Positions 16,489 through 26,699 are shown, counted from the first letter of the stretch. The stretch: 32,000 nt of DNA from Nitrospirales bacterium (GCA_965204475.1 OZ241988.1:123545-155544), one strand, 5' to 3'. Translations and numbers: made by a program. The notes: generated by a model not told the origin, from the sequence alone.

Positions 16489-17685
16489 ATGGCAAAGGTA
16501 CTTGAAGGCCCGGGAATGGGCTTGTTGAAAAAGTGGGGTCTGCAAACCCCGAATTATGCCGTGGTCGGTTCTTCCGAAGAACTGGAACAGTTGGCGCAGG
16601 CCAATGATTGGTTGACCAAGAGTTCGTTGGTGGTCAAAGCCCATGAGGCGTTGGGCTCGCGCTTTAAACTCGGCCTCGTGAAGGTGGGCCTGGATCTCAA
16701 CGCGGCCAAGGCGGCCGCGAAAGAGATGCTCGGACGCACCGTCGGAACGTTGACCATACGGGAAGTGATCGTGTCCGAAGCGGTGGACCATAGCGAGGAA
16801 TACTACGTGGCCGTGAAATCGACCCGTGACGGCGCGGACGTAATGGTCGCCAATTGCGGCGGCGTTGAGGTGGAGTCCAATTGGGATCGCGTGCAACGCT
16901 GCTCCGTGGTCGTGGGCGATGCTCCCTCCGACGCGGCGCTGGAGGCCCTGGCCAAGGACGCCGGGTTCTCCGGTGAGTTGATCGGCAAAGTGGCCGACTT
17001 CGCCAGGAAGCTGTTCCTCTGCTTCGACAATGAAGACGCGCAATACCTGGAGATCAACCCCGTAGTCCGCAATGCCGCAGGTGAGTTGGTCGCGCTTGAT
17101 GCCGTGACCCTGTTGGACGGCGATGCCAAGTTCCGTCATCCGGATTGGACGTTCCCGTTTGCCGCGGAATTCGGTCGAGCCTATACCCAGAATGAGGAAG
17201 AGGTCATGGCCGTGGATTCGAAAGTGAAGGGCTCCGTGAAACTGATCGAAATTCCGGGGGGCGACACGGCGATGCTGCCGGCGGGCGGCGGGGCGAGTGT
17301 GTATTACTCGGATGCGGTCGTGGCCCGCGGCGGCAAGTTGGCCAATTATGCCGAATATTCCGGCGATCCTCCGGATTGGGCCGTCGAAGTCCTGACCGAT
17401 AAAGTCTGTTCTCTTCCCGGCATCAAGAACATCATCGTCGGCGGGGCCATCGCCAATTTCACCGACGTCAAGAAGACCTTCGGCGGTATCATCAATGCGT
17501 TTCGTAAAGCCAAGACGGAAGGGAAACTGGACGGCGTGAGAATCTGGGTGCGACGAGGCGGGCCCAACGAGAAACAGGGGCTGGCGGCTATGACGGCGTT
17601 GAAGGACGAAGGCTTTGAGATCGAAGTGTTTGATCGCCGGACCCCGTTGACGGACATCGTCGACATGGCTCTGTCCAAGAAATAG
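16489..17685 (+). CDS. aclB: ATP-citrate lyase beta subunit (ATP-grasp, SucC-like)
   Basis: 398 aa, the size I recall for Chlorobium-type AclB. It has an ATP-grasp N-terminus and sits directly upstream of aclA. Confidence 0.88.
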   Translation: MAKVLEGPGMGLLKKWGLQTPNYAVVGSSEELEQLAQANDWLTKSSLVVKAHEALGSRFKLGLVKVGLDLNAAKAAAKEMLGRTVGTLTIREVIVSEAVDHSEEYYVAVKSTRDGADVMVANCGGVEVESNWDRVQRCSVVVGDAPSDAALEALAKDAGFSGELIGKVADFARKLFLCFDNEDAQYLEINPVVRNAAGELVALDAVTLLDGDAKFRHPDWTFPFAAEFGRAYTQNEEEVMAVDSKVKGSVKLIEIPGGDTAMLPAGGGASVYYSDAVVARGGKLANYAEYSGDPPDWAVEVLTDKVCSLPGIKNIIVGGAIANFTDVKKTFGGIINAFRKAKTEGKLDGVRIWVRRGGPNEKQGLAAMTALKDEGFEIEVFDRRTPLTDIVDMALSKK

Positions 17686-17735
17686 CGGTCGTTGAAAGAG
17701 ATCTTTGCAAACATATTGAGACGTAGGAGAGTTCG

Positions 17736-19562
17736 ATGAGTATTCTGGCAACGAAAGAAACACATGTTGTGATCCAAGGCGGGGTGGCGGGCGTAAACGC
17801 GGCCCGGCGAATGGGTGAGTTCCGCCACATGATTCAGCAGCCCTTAAACGTTTCGGCGTTTGTGTATCCTCCGGATGCCGGGAAAACCAATGAAATCGTT
17901 TGCGGAAACCGGCTCCTCACGATTCCGGTGTACAAAACGGTTGCCGAGGCCACCGCGAATCATCCGGAAATCAATACCAGCCTGGTCTATGTCGGTGCGG
18001 ATCGTGCCTATGCCGGCACCAAGGAAGCCTTGGACAATTCCGGCATTCAAGTGGTGTCGATGATCACGGAAGGCTTGCCCGAGAAAGATTCCAAATTGCT
18101 CGGGGCGCATGCGCGGAAACTCGGGAAAGTGTTCAACGGGCCTTCATCCATCGGCGTCCTGTCGGCCGGAGAATGCCGGTTGGGTGTAATCGGCGGGGCG
18201 TTTGACAACCTGGTGGCCTGCAAGCTCTATCGTCCGGGGTCCTTCGGGGTGATCACGAAATCCGGCGGCCTGTCGAATGAAATCATCTGGATCTGCTCGC
18301 AATTCGCCGACGGCGTCACGACTGCCATCGGCATCGGCGGGGACGCCTATCCGGGAACGGATTACGTGACGTACCTCGAGATGTTCGAAAACGATCCGCA
18401 AACCAAGGCCGTCGTGATCGTCGGCGAGATGGGCGGTGATCTGGAGGAACGGGCCGCGGAATGGTACGGCGCGAAAAAACGCCGCGTGCGCCTCCTGGCC
18501 GTGGTGTCCGGTTTCTGCCAGGAGAGTTTGCCCAAGGGCATGAAATTCGGGCATGCCGGGGCCAAGGAGGGCCTCCAGGGTGAAGGGTCGGCCCGGGCGA
18601 AATCGGAAGCCTTGAAGAAGGCCGGGGCCCTCGTTCCCGATACTTTCGGCGCCTTGGGGCCGGCGATCAAGCAAACGTATGAAGAGCTGGTGAAGTCCGG
18701 TGAAGTCACGCCGATTCCCGAACTCACTGAAGCGGAGAAGCCCAAACTTCCCCGGACCGTGGAACAGGGCATGAAAGACGGGGATATCCTGGTTGCTCCC
18801 CTGATCAAGTCCACCATCAGCGATGACCGGGGCGACGAGCCATTGTACGAAGGGTATCCGGCGTCCGAACTCATCAACAAAGGCTATGACATTCCTCATA
18901 TCATCGGGCTCCTGTGGGACAAGCGGCTGGTCACCAAGCAGGAGGCCGAAATCATCAGGCGCATTATCATCCTGTCGGCCGATCACGGGCCCTGCGTCAG
19001 CGGAGCGTTGACCACCATTATCGGGGCCTGTGCCGGCATCGGGTTGTCACAAGCCGTAGCGGCCGGGTTGATCATGATCGGTCCGCGATTCGGCGGGGCC
19101 GTGACCGATGCGGGCCGGTATTTCAGCCATGCCATCGCCAACAACATGTCCGTGGACGAGTTTCTGTCCTACATGAAGAAAAACGTCGGACCGGTGCCGG
19201 GAATCGGGCATCGGGTGAAGAGCCTGCGGAATCCCGATAAGCGCGTGAAGGAATTGGTGGGGTACGTGAAGAGTCTGGACTTGGCCACGCCGCATTTGGA
19301 CTTTGCTCTCGAAGTCGAAAAGATCACGGCGGCGAAGAAAGACAACCTGATTTTGAACGTGGACGGAACCATGGCGGCCGTCCTCGTCGATCTCGGATTT
19401 CCGGTGGACAGCCTGAACGGGTTCTTCGTGCTGGCCAGGACCATCGGGCTGATCGGGCATTGGACCGATCAAAAACGTCAGGGCAGCCGGTTGATCCGGT
19501 TGTTCAACTATCTGGTGAACTACGCGGCCCCCGCGCGTCGGGAAGTGCCGCCACTCAAATAA
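17736..19562 (+). CDS. aclA: ATP-citrate lyase alpha subunit (CoA-ligase domain plus citrate-synthase-like lyase domain)
   Basis: 608 aa. TAGGAGAG SD. Phosphohistidine loop KFGHAGA. C-terminal citrate-synthase-like motifs LSADHGPCVSGA, GPRFGGA and PGIGHRVKS. Confidence 0.9.
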   Translation: MSILATKETHVVIQGGVAGVNAARRMGEFRHMIQQPLNVSAFVYPPDAGKTNEIVCGNRLLTIPVYKTVAEATANHPEINTSLVYVGADRAYAGTKEALDNSGIQVVSMITEGLPEKDSKLLGAHARKLGKVFNGPSSIGVLSAGECRLGVIGGAFDNLVACKLYRPGSFGVITKSGGLSNEIIWICSQFADGVTTAIGIGGDAYPGTDYVTYLEMFENDPQTKAVVIVGEMGGDLEERAAEWYGAKKRRVRLLAVVSGFCQESLPKGMKFGHAGAKEGLQGEGSARAKSEALKKAGALVPDTFGALGPAIKQTYEELVKSGEVTPIPELTEAEKPKLPRTVEQGMKDGDILVAPLIKSTISDDRGDEPLYEGYPASELINKGYDIPHIIGLLWDKRLVTKQEAEIIRRIIILSADHGPCVSGALTTIIGACAGIGLSQAVAAGLIMIGPRFGGAVTDAGRYFSHAIANNMSVDEFLSYMKKNVGPVPGIGHRVKSLRNPDKRVKELVGYVKSLDLATPHLDFALEVEKITAAKKDNLILNVDGTMAAVLVDLGFPVDSLNGFFVLARTIGLIGHWTDQKRQGSRLIRLFNYLVNYAAPARREVPPLK

Positions 19563-19633
19563 CAACATTGACGGTTTCCTTTGACCCGGTCCGCAAAAGG
19601 ATCGGGGCTCGGAAGCCATGCGGAGAACGTCCT

Positions 19634-21883
19634 ATGTCGATTGAGCTTGTTAAAACGTTGTATGCCAAAATGCCCGGGGCCGTGGAAACGGCAAGAAAGC
19701 AGTTCGGTCGCGGGTTGACCCTCGCCGAAAAAATTCTGGTTTCCCATGCGGATAATCTCGAGACCCAGGTCTGGGACCGGGGAAAAGCCATGTTGGCGCT
19801 TCGTCCCGATCGCGTGGCCATGCAGGATGCCACGGCCCAGATGGCCATGTTGCAATTCATCCAGGCCGGTAAGAAAAAGGCCGCGGTGCCCAGCACCATT
19901 CATTGCGATCATTTGATTCGCGCGGAAATGGGGTCATCCAAGGATCTATTGCGCGCCTGCGATGAAAATCGGGAGGTCTACAACTTTCTGGAATCGGCCG
20001 CCAAGAAATACGGCATCGGGTTCTGGAAACCGGGCGCGGGGATCATTCACCAGGTGGTCTTGGAAAATTACGCGTTCCCGGGCGGGTTGATCATCGGGAC
20101 CGATTCCCACACGCCGAACGGCGGCGGGCTGGGCATGCTGGCGATCGGGGTCGGCGGCGCCGACGCGGGAGAGGTCATGGCCGGGTTGCCGTGGGAAGTG
20201 CTGCATCCCAAGCTGATCGGGGTCAAGCTCACCGGCAGGTTGAACGGCTGGGCTTCGCCCAAGGACGTGATCCTGTATATCTGCGGCAAGCTGACGGTGA
20301 AAGGCGGCACCAACAAAATCGTCGAATACTTCGGTCCGGGCGCGGAAACGATCAGCGCCACGGGCAAGGGCACGATCACCAACATGGGCGCGGAACTCGG
20401 GGCGACGACCTCGATCTTCCCCTTTGACCAAAAGATGGTGGACTATCTCACGATCACGGAGCGAAAAGAGATCGCCGACCTGGCGCAAGCCAACGCCGGG
20501 ATGCTGGTGGCTGACCCTGAAGTGTACGAGTCGCCGGAGAAATATTTCGACGAGATCCTGGAAATCGACCTTTCGACCCTGGAGCCGCACGTCGTGGGAC
20601 CGCATTCCCCGGATCTGGCGCGCCCCATCTCCGCGTTGGAGGCCGAGGCCAAGGAGAAGGGGTACCCCGTGGAATTGAAGGCGACCTTGCTGGGCAGTTG
20701 CACGAATTCTTCGTATGAAGACATCAGCCGGGCCGCGCACATTGCCCAACAGGGGTTGAAGGCGGGCTTGAAAGCCAAGACCGCGTTTCTGGTGTCACCG
20801 GGCTCGGAACGGATTTTTCATACCATGAAACGTGACGGCTTCCTGGACACGTTCGAGGAGTTGGGCGCGACCGTGTTGGCGAACGCCTGCGGTCCGTGTA
20901 TCGGGCAGTGGAAACGGGCCGACGGCGTCAAAGGCAAATCCGATTCGATCGTGAGTACCTTTAACCGGAATTTCCCCGGTCGCAACGACGGGATCGCCGA
21001 CACGCTGTCCTTCCTGGCCAGTCCGGAGTTGGTGGCTGCGTATGCCCTCACGGGCGACTTGGGATTCAATCCCTTGCAGGACACCATTTCCACCCCGGAC
21101 GGCAAACAATTGAAACTCGACCCGCCGCAAGGCGATGAGTTGCCGGCCCAGGGTTTTGCCAAGGGCGAAGAAGGGTTCATCCCTCCGGCGGAGAACGGCG
21201 AGGGGTTGGCCGTGGATCTGCCTCCGAACAGCGAGCGGCTGCAATTGTTGCAGCCCTTCCCCAAGTGGGACGGGAAGGATTTCGACAAGTTGCCGTTGCT
21301 GATCAAGACCAAGGGGAAAACCACGACCGATCATATTTCGCCGGCGGGTCCCTGGCTCAAGTTTCGTGGACATTTGGACAAGATTAGTGACAATATGTTC
21401 CTGGGTGCGAACAATGCGTTTTCGAGTGAAGCGGGAAAAGGCAACAACGTGTTGACCGGCGAATCGGATCTCACCCTGGCGCAGATCGCCCGTGATTATA
21501 AGGGCAAGGGCATCGGGTCGTTCGTGGTCGGTGACGAGAATTACGGCGAGGGAAGCAGCCGGGAACACGCGGCCATGTCTCCGCGCTTCCTGGGCGTGAA
21601 GGCCGTACTCACCAAGAGCTTTGCCCGCATCCATGAAACGAATTTGAAGAAGCAGGGCATTCTGCCCATGACGTTTGCGGACCCCGCAAATTATGAGCAG
21701 ATCGACCAGGAGGACCGCGTCAGCGTGACGGGTCTCAGCGAGTTGGCGCCGGGCAAGTCGGTGTCCGTGGTCATTCATAAAAAGGATGGAAAAGAAATCA
21801 CGATTCAGGCCAATCACAGCATGACCGAACAGCAAGTCAAGTGGTTTCAATCCGGGTCGGCGCTGAATGCTTTGAATGCGTAA
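19634..21883 (+). CDS. acn: Aconitate hydratase (~750-aa mitochondrial-type)
   Basis: The ATG at 19634 has GGAGAA 6 nt upstream. The ORF-track start at 19460 overlaps aclA. Motifs: IHCDHLI, GTDSHTPNGGGLG, GSCTNSSYED, ANACGPCIGQW, NRNFPGRND. Confidence 0.92.
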   Translation: MSIELVKTLYAKMPGAVETARKQFGRGLTLAEKILVSHADNLETQVWDRGKAMLALRPDRVAMQDATAQMAMLQFIQAGKKKAAVPSTIHCDHLIRAEMGSSKDLLRACDENREVYNFLESAAKKYGIGFWKPGAGIIHQVVLENYAFPGGLIIGTDSHTPNGGGLGMLAIGVGGADAGEVMAGLPWEVLHPKLIGVKLTGRLNGWASPKDVILYICGKLTVKGGTNKIVEYFGPGAETISATGKGTITNMGAELGATTSIFPFDQKMVDYLTITERKEIADLAQANAGMLVADPEVYESPEKYFDEILEIDLSTLEPHVVGPHSPDLARPISALEAEAKEKGYPVELKATLLGSCTNSSYEDISRAAHIAQQGLKAGLKAKTAFLVSPGSERIFHTMKRDGFLDTFEELGATVLANACGPCIGQWKRADGVKGKSDSIVSTFNRNFPGRNDGIADTLSFLASPELVAAYALTGDLGFNPLQDTISTPDGKQLKLDPPQGDELPAQGFAKGEEGFIPPAENGEGLAVDLPPNSERLQLLQPFPKWDGKDFDKLPLLIKTKGKTTTDHISPAGPWLKFRGHLDKISDNMFLGANNAFSSEAGKGNNVLTGESDLTLAQIARDYKGKGIGSFVVGDENYGEGSSREHAAMSPRFLGVKAVLTKSFARIHETNLKKQGILPMTFADPANYEQIDQEDRVSVTGLSELAPGKSVSVVIHKKDGKEITIQANHSMTEQQVKWFQSGSALNALNA

Positions 21884-21976
21884 ATGCGTTTCTTCCCTTC
21901 GCTCCGCTTCCTTCGGCTAGGCTCAGGACAGGCAGGGGAGGCAAAGGAGGGGAACAGAGGAGTACGGCAAACGAAT

Positions 21977-22696
21977 ATGACGGGTTCATTCGATACGGGC
22001 AAAGCGGTTAGCCGGGAAGACGCGCTCAAACCGCCCATGGTCACGGTGGAAATCGCGGGGAAATCCTTCCGGGTTCCGGCGGGCATTACCCTGATGAAGG
22101 CCCTCTGGTATACCGGCCACGAAGTCACGCGGGGGGCAGGGTGCCTGGGCGGGTTTTGCGGGGCTTGCGCGACCTATTATCGCACCAAGGACGACCCGAA
22201 AGTAAAAACCTGCCTGGGATGTTCGCACGCGGTGGAAGACGGCATGTCGTTTTCGTTTGCCCCGGCGTTTCCCGCGCGCAAGGCCACGTACGATTTGAAT
22301 CAGCTCGAAAACCCCAAGCAGGACCTGTTCAAGTTGTACCCGGAAGCGCCCCTGTGCAGGAACTGCAACGCGTGCACCGAAGCCTGCCCTCAACAGATCG
22401 ACGTGCGGGAAGGCGTGTGGAAAGCCGTGTTCGGGGACTTCAAAGCGGTGTCGGAAACGTTCATGGACTGCGTGATGTGCGGCCTGTGCGTGCCCGTGTG
22501 CATCGCCGATATCGCGCCGAACTTGGTGGGGGTCTATGCCAGTCGAGCCTACGGCGTACGCGAAATGGAAAAACCGTCCGGCCTCTTCGACCGGATTCAA
22601 GCCATTGCCGATGGACAGTACAACGACGACTGGGACCGCATCCTGAAGATGAGCGATGACGAATTACAACAGACCTCGGCCACGATCACGTCGTAG
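21977..22696 (+). CDS. Iron-sulfur subunit of a succinate dehydrogenase/fumarate reductase-like enzyme (2Fe-2S plus two Cys-cluster motifs)
   Basis: CLGGFCGACATYY...C (plant-ferredoxin-like), CRNCNACTEACP and CVMCGLCVPVC. The start is uncertain: 21884, 21977 and 22037 are all in frame. I chose 21977. Confidence 0.7.
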   Translation: MTGSFDTGKAVSREDALKPPMVTVEIAGKSFRVPAGITLMKALWYTGHEVTRGAGCLGGFCGACATYYRTKDDPKVKTCLGCSHAVEDGMSFSFAPAFPARKATYDLNQLENPKQDLFKLYPEAPLCRNCNACTEACPQQIDVREGVWKAVFGDFKAVSETFMDCVMCGLCVPVCIADIAPNLVGVYASRAYGVREMEKPSGLFDRIQAIADGQYNDDWDRILKMSDDELQQTSATITS

Positions 22697-22713
22697 GGGA
22701 GTGCGGCTGACAC

Positions 22714-24294
22714 GTGGATATTCAAGCCCTGCACGACGTAGTCCATAACTCCCGTGACGCCCGGCGACAACAGACCCTGCCCAAACTCTCTCCGGCCGAG
22801 CGCGACACCCTGATAAAAAAATTTCATCCCGATCATCGGGAAGCCGCATACCGTCCCGTGGCGTTCGGGCCCAATGAAGGGGATCTGACGGTACGGGAAC
22901 TCGCCTCCGTCCTGGAAGGCGACAGCGTGGTTTCCGAAGACCTCCCCTTGACGCCGGACCACGAGGTGGACGTCCTGGTGGTGGGGGGTGGCGGCGCGGG
23001 ATGCGCCGCGGCGCTCCACGCCCATGGGCAGGGGGCGAACGTGCTCCTGGCCACGAAGTTGCGCCTGGCTGATTCGAATTCGGTGATGGCGCAGGGTGGC
23101 ATGCAGATTGCCGTGGCGCCCGACGATTCCCCTGTCCAGCATTTCCTGGATACCCTCAAGGGCGGTCACATGAAGAACGACCATGAGTTGCTCAGGACGA
23201 TGGTGGAAGAGGGGCCGTCCATTGCGAAATGGTTGTTGGAATTGGGCGTGCTCTTCGACCGGGACCCGGACGGCAACCTCCACGTCAAAAAGGGCGGAGG
23301 CAGTACCAGGGCGCGGTTGCTGACCTGCTCGGATTACACCGGCCTCGAAATCATGCGGGTGCTCAAGGATGAGGTGCTCAACCAGAAGATCCAACTCCTG
23401 GAGTTCTCCGCGGCCGTGGAGTTGTTGAGTGACGAGCAAGGCGCGTGTACCGGTGCCGTGTTTCAGGATTTGGACAATAAACGGTTTCTGGTGGTGGCTG
23501 CCAAGACCGTGATTCTGGCGACCGGCGGCATCGGGCGGTTGCACATTCAAGGGTTTCCCACGAGCAATCATTACGGCGCCACGGGCGACGGACTCGCCTT
23601 GGCCTATCGCATCGGGGCCCCGCTCGTCCAAATCGATACGTTTCAATATCATCCCTCCGGCGGTGTCTACCCGGAACAACTGGTCGGGCAGTTGGTGACC
23701 GAGGGTATTCGGTCCGAAGGCGGGCACCTGGTCAATGGGAGAGGCGAACGGTTCGTGAATGAATTGGATACCCGCGACGTGGTGTCATCCTCCATCATCC
23801 GGGAATGCGAAGAAGGCCGAGGCGTTCGTATGCCGACCGGTCGCGTCGGGGTGTGGTTAGATACCCCGTTGCTCGAGGCGGAGCAGGGTGAGGGCACGCT
23901 GGACAAGCATTTTCCCGCCATGGTTCGCCAATACGCCCGGTACGGAGTCGATATCCGCAAAGACCCTGTTTTGATTTACCCGACGCTGCATTATCAGAAC
24001 GGGGGCGTGAAGATCGACGTCAACGGCGAAACATCCGTGAAGAACCTCTTTGTGGCAGGAGAAACCTCCGGGGGCCTGCACGGGCGCAATCGGTTGATGG
24101 GCAATTCATTGTTGGATCTGATGGTCTTCGGCAAACGATCGGGGCTAACGGTGGCGGAGCGCGTGCGAACCATTTCTCACGGCCGGTTGACGTTGAACCA
24201 TTTGCAGCGGTTCCGATCCGAAGCGAAAAAGCACCGGGTCACGAACCAGGTCACGTCGCCGGTTGTGCTGCCCGCCTATACTGAAAAGCCGTAG
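22714..24294 (+). CDS. Fumarate reductase/succinate dehydrogenase flavoprotein-like subunit (FrdA/SdhA/NadB superfamily) with a ~85-aa N-terminal extension
   Basis: GTG start. FAD motif DVLVVGGGGAGCAAAL begins near residue 86. Other motifs: SNSVMAQGGM, HYGATGDGLALAYRIGA, FQYHPSG, GGLHGRNRLMGNSLLD. Confidence 0.8.
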   Translation: MDIQALHDVVHNSRDARRQQTLPKLSPAERDTLIKKFHPDHREAAYRPVAFGPNEGDLTVRELASVLEGDSVVSEDLPLTPDHEVDVLVVGGGGAGCAAALHAHGQGANVLLATKLRLADSNSVMAQGGMQIAVAPDDSPVQHFLDTLKGGHMKNDHELLRTMVEEGPSIAKWLLELGVLFDRDPDGNLHVKKGGGSTRARLLTCSDYTGLEIMRVLKDEVLNQKIQLLEFSAAVELLSDEQGACTGAVFQDLDNKRFLVVAAKTVILATGGIGRLHIQGFPTSNHYGATGDGLALAYRIGAPLVQIDTFQYHPSGGVYPEQLVGQLVTEGIRSEGGHLVNGRGERFVNELDTRDVVSSSIIRECEEGRGVRMPTGRVGVWLDTPLLEAEQGEGTLDKHFPAMVRQYARYGVDIRKDPVLIYPTLHYQNGGVKIDVNGETSVKNLFVAGETSGGLHGRNRLMGNSLLDLMVFGKRSGLTVAERVRTISHGRLTLNHLQRFRSEAKKHRVTNQVTSPVVLPAYTEKP

Positions 24295-24416
24295 CAGGAT
24301 GTTGAAAAAAGCCACCAGTTTTGTTCTCGCGTCGCCCTGAGGCTCGACGTACTTCATGTACGCCTCGCCTTCTCGCTTGCTGCGGCCGCGCTGGACGACT
24401 TTTTTTGAACATCCTG
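24295..24416. repeat. ~122-bp element bounded by 17/18-nt terminal inverted repeats (MITE/REP-like or a long stem-loop) between frdA-like and sucC
   Basis: The left arm is CAGGATGTTGAAAAAAG (24295-24311). The right arm is CTTTTTTTGAACATCCTG (24399-24416), whose reverse complement is CAGGATGTTCAAAAAAAG. Internal sub-hairpins: GAGGC...GCCTC and CGTAC-ttcat-GTACG. Confidence 0.5.
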
Positions 24417-24500
24417 CCTTCAAGCGGTTTTTGGGGAGTTTGGCCTGTTTCCTGGTGAGGAGTGGCCGCTTAGCGAGCTTTTTTCTTAAAGAGGAGAATC

Positions 24501-25688
24501 ATGAACATTCATGAGTTTCAAGCGAAACAGTTGTTTGCTCAATTCGGGGTGCCGGTGCCGCGCGGAAAGGAAATCAAGACGCCACGGGCCGCTGAAAAGT
24601 GGACTGCGGCCCTGGATGCGCCGGTGTACGTGGTCAAAGCGCAAATTCACGCCGGAGGGCGGGGGAAAGCCGGTGGCGTCAAAATCACCAAACAGCGCGA
24701 GGAGGTGCCGGTTCTGACGAAAGCGCTCATCGGGAAAACCCTGGTGACGCATCAAACCGGGCCCAAGGGCCGAAAAGTGCGGCGCCTGTTGATTGAGGAA
24801 GGGGCGGGAATCGACAAAGAGCTGTACCTGAGCCTGTTGGTGGATCGGGACAGCGGGTGCCCCACGTTCCTCGCGAGTACCGAGGGGGGCATGGAAATCG
24901 AAGAAGTGGCGGAGAAGACCCCGGAAAAACTGTTCAGGGAAACGATCGATCCCGCCGTCGGGTTTCACCCGTACAACGGCCGGAACCTGGCCTTTGCCTT
25001 GGGCCTGCCATCCCTGGAAAAAGCCGTGGTGACGCCTTTCATCCAAATGCTCGGGAACCTGTATCGCCTGTTCATGGAAAAGAACGCGTCGTTGATCGAG
25101 ATCAATCCCCTGGTGATTACCACGGACAAGCAACTCATTGCACTCGACGGGAAGGTCACCTTCGACGACAACGCGTTGTTCAAGCATCAGGACGTGCAGG
25201 CGTTTCGTGACCTGCACGAGGAAGAACCGCTTGAAATCGAGGCGGGCGCCAATAATCTCAATTACGTGAAACTGGACGGGGACATCGGGTGCATGGTGAA
25301 CGGGGCCGGGTTGGCCATGGCCACGATGGACGTGATCAAGTTGGCCGGCGCCGAACCCGCCAACTTTTTGGACGTGGGCGGAGGTGCCACGAAGGAGACC
25401 GTCGCGGCCGGGTTTCGCATCCTCCTCAAGGACAGAAAAGTCAAAGGCATTTTCATCAATATTTTCGGAGGCATCGTCCGGTGTGAACGGATTGCCAATG
25501 GCGTGATCGAGGCTTCGAAAGAGGTCGGCATCACCCTGCCTGTGGTCGTTCGCCTTCAGGGAACCAATGCGGAGGAGGGCCGGAAGATTCTCCTGGAATC
25601 GGGATTGAAGGTGGACGTGGCAACGGATCTCTGGGAAGCCGCGCAAAAAATCGTGGCCATGAAACGCAAAAAAAGGAAGAAGGGCTGA
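24501..25688 (+). CDS. sucC: Succinyl-CoA synthetase beta subunit
   Basis: 395 aa. AGAGGAGAA SD. Canonical N-terminus [22 protein letters not shown] and an ATP-grasp fold. Confidence 0.93.
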   Translation: MNIHEFQAKQLFAQFGVPVPRGKEIKTPRAAEKWTAALDAPVYVVKAQIHAGGRGKAGGVKITKQREEVPVLTKALIGKTLVTHQTGPKGRKVRRLLIEEGAGIDKELYLSLLVDRDSGCPTFLASTEGGMEIEEVAEKTPEKLFRETIDPAVGFHPYNGRNLAFALGLPSLEKAVVTPFIQMLGNLYRLFMEKNASLIEINPLVITTDKQLIALDGKVTFDDNALFKHQDVQAFRDLHEEEPLEIEAGANNLNYVKLDGDIGCMVNGAGLAMATMDVIKLAGAEPANFLDVGGGATKETVAAGFRILLKDRKVKGIFINIFGGIVRCERIANGVIEASKEVGITLPVVVRLQGTNAEEGRKILLESGLKVDVATDLWEAAQKIVAMKRKKRKKG

Positions 25689-25744
25689 TCGCCCCGTCGT
25701 TCGGGTTTGGCCACGTTGGAACGCAGTGAGGAAAGGAATAGCGC

Positions 25745-26617
25745 ATGAGTATTTTGGTGAATAAGTCAACGCGGGTAGTCGTACAGGGGATTACGGGCAA
25801 GGAAGGGTCGTTCCACGCGACCCAGTGTCAGGCGTACGGCACCCAGATCGTCGCAGGAGTGACGCCCGGCAAGGCCGGGCAGGAAGTGGAAGGCATTCCG
25901 GTTTTTCACACGGTCCGCGACGCCGTGAAAGCAACCGAAGCCACTACGTCTTTGATTTTCGTACCCCCTCCGTTTGCCGCGGATGCGATTCTCGAAGCGG
26001 CCAACGCGGGGATCTGGCTGGTGGTGTGCATCACGGAAGGGATCCCCGTCAATGACATGGTCCGGGTGAAACGCGCCTTGGCCAGCACGCAGACCCGACT
26101 CATCGGGCCCAATTGTCCCGGGATCATCACGGCGGACGAATGCAAGATCGGCATCATGCCCGGGTTCATTCATAAAAAAGGCAAGGTCGGCGTGATTTCC
26201 CGTAGCGGGACCCTGACCTATGAAGCCGTGAACCAGTTGACGAATTTGGGACTTGGCGAGACGACCTGCGTGGGCATCGGAGGCGACCCCATCATCGGCA
26301 CGGGGTACATCGACCTGCTTCAGATGTTCGAGCATGACGACGAAACGCAAGCCGTGGTCATGATCGGGGAGATTGGCGGGGATGCCGAGGAAAAAGCCGC
26401 CGAGTTCATCAAACGAGAAATGACGAAGCCGGTCGTCGGTTTTATTGCCGGCATGACGGCGCCTCCCGGCCGGCGCATGGGCCACGCCGGCGCGATTATC
26501 ACCGGAGGGCAAGGCACGGCGAAAGACAAAATCGCCGCACTCGAAGCCGCCGGCGTGCGGGTCGTTCGCAATCCTGCGGAGATCGGCGAGACGGTCAAGG
26601 CCGCGCTCGGCGGCTAA
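25745..26617 (+). CDS. sucD: Succinyl-CoA synthetase alpha subunit
   Basis: 290 aa. Motifs [24 protein letters not shown] and phosphohistidine loop GHAGAII. Confidence 0.93.
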   Translation: MSILVNKSTRVVVQGITGKEGSFHATQCQAYGTQIVAGVTPGKAGQEVEGIPVFHTVRDAVKATEATTSLIFVPPPFAADAILEAANAGIWLVVCITEGIPVNDMVRVKRALASTQTRLIGPNCPGIITADECKIGIMPGFIHKKGKVGVISRSGTLTYEAVNQLTNLGLGETTCVGIGGDPIIGTGYIDLLQMFEHDDETQAVVMIGEIGGDAEEKAAEFIKREMTKPVVGFIAGMTAPPGRRMGHAGAIITGGQGTAKDKIAALEAAGVRVVRNPAEIGETVKAALGG

Positions 26618-26699
26618 ACGACACAGTTCATTATTCCCAGGACGGCAAAACGAATCGTCCCCCGCCCGCACCGGCTGATGAGCGAAGAGGGATTGTGGC

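Noticed and set aside
19460-19633. Upstream extension of the aconitase ORF
   Set aside because: It overlaps the 3-prime end of aclA. The ATG at 19634 has an SD and gives the expected ~750-aa protein.
21884-21976. A pyrimidine-rich then purine-rich segment between acn and frdB-like (CTTCCCTTCGCTCCGCTTCC ... GGGGAGGCAAAGGAGGGGA), considered as a possible attenuator hairpin
   Set aside because: The pairing is only imperfect and partial when checked by hand. The segment may instead be coding if the frdB-like gene starts at 21884. This is not resolvable without folding or conservation analysis.
24145-24423. 92-aa minus-strand ORF spanning the frdA-like 3-prime end and the inverted-repeat element
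   Set aside because: It overlaps a confident CDS and runs through a structured repeat. It is more likely an artefact of the repeat than a gene.
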